From Selaginella moellendorffii (taxonomy: Eukaryota; Plantae; Lycopodiophyta): a DNA stretch of 64,000 nucleotides. Shown piece by piece: positions 61,601 through 64,000 of the stretch; positions within the stretch are counted from its first letter, which is position 1; each line of letters opens with the position of its first letter. A program made the position numbers and the translations under genes. The notes beneath the pieces were generated by a model. It saw only the letters and a list, made by a program, of their open reading frames with translations. It had not been told where the DNA came from and ran no database searches. The stretch lies in NCBI RefSeq assembly GCF_000143415.4, contig NW_003314269.1, positions 3,601,969 to 3,665,968 of the forward strand. The letters run 5' to 3'.

Positions 61601-64000
61601 AATTATTGTTTGTTTTTGTGATTTGTAAATGGGATATATGGGTGGAAGCACCTAGTCTTAAGTTGTGTAGAAAGTGTTTTTTTGATTGATTTAGTGAAGG
61701 AATGAACTGTATACAAATGATTGTTTGATTGTCAAAATATTTTAAAGTGATTTGAGGTATTTAGTGTTTAATTTGTTCAATCAGGGATTTAAAGTTCCGT
61801 GACATCCAAGATATTATCACTCCACAGTTATCTTGGAGGGCATTATGGGGTTTAGACGGGCAATCAATCTTTATAACATTATAATTTTATCAAAGTTCTT
61901 GAGTATAAGCAAGGAGGACATATAGACACATTTGGATTCAGTGAAGCTATTCCTAGAGATTTTAAATGTTATAAATGCTGTTTTGCAATGCCACTAGTTC
62001 ATCACCACAATATAAAAATTAAAACCATTGCATTGGGTGAACCCTCTTTCACCCTCAGATAAAAAAACTATTTCTCCAATAATTTGAGCCAATTCACATA
62101 TTTGATTTTGTCATGGTTGAGCTTGATACCTATAAGATCTAACTATAGGAGTTTATCTATGAGTATTATAGCCACTTCAAACAATATATTCATAAATGTG
62201 AGCAAGCGAACATACAATGTAATAGAGTTTTATATGGATATTTTGCATTCAGTTTTGGCTCACAAAGTTCAAGAGAAGTGCAAGAAGCTAGACGAAGATA
62301 TACAACATGCTATCACTCAAGAACTTAAAAAGTTGCTTGAGCCAAAGATGCTCTTTGAGATTATTGGTGCTTTCGAGGAAATCCAATAAAAAATGACTCA
62401 TAAAGATAATAATAAAGTGGTTGTGGCTATTGGACAGGTTGATGTTACTCAAAAATATAATGTAAACAACCAAAGAGAATGACTCGAAATACAATCCATA
62501 CAATTTAAATATAAAGACAAAAAATTTATGAACAAAAGTGCACCCCTTTTTCAATTGGTTAATGATCTTGGGATACTTGGGGTTAAACATCCTTGAGTTT
62601 AAGTGGTATTGAGTTATGTGACTTTCTAAAAAATTTAAATTCAAAAGCTTCTATAAAGTTATAACTAAATTCAATTTATTGATACAATACAAATACTAAC
62701 ATTGTGTATCCACCCTAATGTGAGTTTTTCTAGTGTTATAATCATGATGAGGAATGTTACAAAGCAAATCAAACATATCTAGCATAAAAAACTATGTTAT
62801 TTATTTCTATATTTAATCTTTGGCATCCACAATAGCAAATTTATCACATCTCCAAATCCATCACAATTTCTTGGTGGTGCAAGTTACTTTTGATGTTTCA
62901 TTTTTTGTTATGCAATGATGACCCAACCGCTGTAGCAATTTCTTTACAAGGATGCTCTTTTGAGTGGAGAATGGATGTAAATATTACCCTCAATGCCTTG
63001 AAAAAGGTTCTATTTGCAACTTTAGTACTCCAACTCTTAAATTTTATCTAATGATTCCATCTTTTCATTCAGCTCTTGGATACAATGTATTCAATTGATA
63101 TCTATCAACTAGTGATAAAAATGTGATACATAGTATTTATTTCTTCATAAATAACTTATCATCTCTTTTGGATTAATAAATAGAGCTGAATTGTTATACT
63201 ATAGTTATTGTCTACTATTGTTTTTTGCCGAAGAGGATAATAATTCATAATCTCTTGATGTATTTGTTGGACAAGCCCATATTACAAAGTTGTTATGCTC
63301 ATTGGATTCTCTAGCTATCTGAATTTGATTTCAAGATCAAGGTAGAGAAGTCTCAAATATTCAATCCCATTAGCTTTGGTTTTTCATTTTTAGATGACAA
63401 TAACACTCATGACTTTGATATGCCTTGGAAACACTTCCAGATGATCAACTCTATTATGCTGATATGGTTCACCTCTAGTATGCCAACATTTTCAAGGCCA
63501 ATCACTCTTTTATCTCTCTATGTATGAGAAATGCAAAGTTCTCCAAACAACAACAAAGTAGGTCATTTTAAGACTCACAACAAAATAGTTGATGCAAGTT
63601 GGCTTTGTCACAAATGCTACAAAATATGCCTACAATACCAATAATTTAAAAGCACATCATTTAAGGCCAAGGTCCTTTGCATATTAGTTTCTGAAATATA
63701 TAGGATCCATTGTTCCTACAGGAAATAAATACCTATACATCATTATAGTGTGCATAAAGTGGGTTGAGGTCATTTTTGTTGTCTCCACAAACTAGATGGC
63801 CACTATTAACTTCCTATATAATAACATATTGCAATATTAAAGTCCCTCGGCATTTCTCATCAGATTGCAAGTTTCATTTCATAAGGGAGGTCATACAAGA
63901 ACTCTTCAACTTGCATGTTCACCACACTCACTCCAGTATTTGTTATTCATAGGGAAATGGCCAAACTGAGTGAATAAATCAAATTCTTAAGAATATTATT
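58650..64000. mobile_element. AT-rich decayed TE region, with a possible Ty1/copia remnant in the last ~1.3 kb
   Basis: No intact ORFs, and it contains the repeat shared with ~8.1 kb. Faint LWH motif (~62820) and KFHFIREVIQE (~63870-63900), which resembles the copia RNase H end (RYHFIRE). Confidence 0.4.
61265..61520 (+). repeat. Dispersed AT-rich repeat, copy 2 (copy 1 at ~8125-8345)
   Basis: Same collinear blocks as 8125-8345. Confidence 0.75.

Overview
This is eukaryotic plant nuclear DNA. The very short GT-AG introns (about 50-90 nt), high gene density and gene content resemble the compact lycophyte Selaginella; that assignment is an inference. A gene-dense block (about 10.7-56.4 kb) holds a GT14 glucuronosyltransferase, an RRM/NOL8-like gene, plastid Iojap/RsfS, ABCB6/20, a large Ig-like-domain multipass membrane protein, two intronless fungal-type FAD-linked oxidases plus a scrambled third copy, a coiled-coil orphan, ZOP1, NHX5/6 with three U12 introns, TatD plus a decayed duplicate, KAS I, a VNS-type NAC, RPP2, NAP1 and an RKD-type RWP-RK factor. 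The flanks are AT-rich and mostly decayed transposon sequence. The left flank has a DUF7869-like pseudogene followed by an array of palindromic motifs, a Ty3/gypsy remnant, and an atypical spliced gene with a divergent C-terminal NAC-like domain. The right flank has gene fragments and TE debris. The most interesting items are the tandem secreted fungal-type oxidase array (possible horizontal origin, with an inverted-repeat/antisense arrangement), the C-terminal NAC-like gene, and the Ig-like/TRP-like membrane protein. All homology calls come from motif recognition by eye; no database searches were run.
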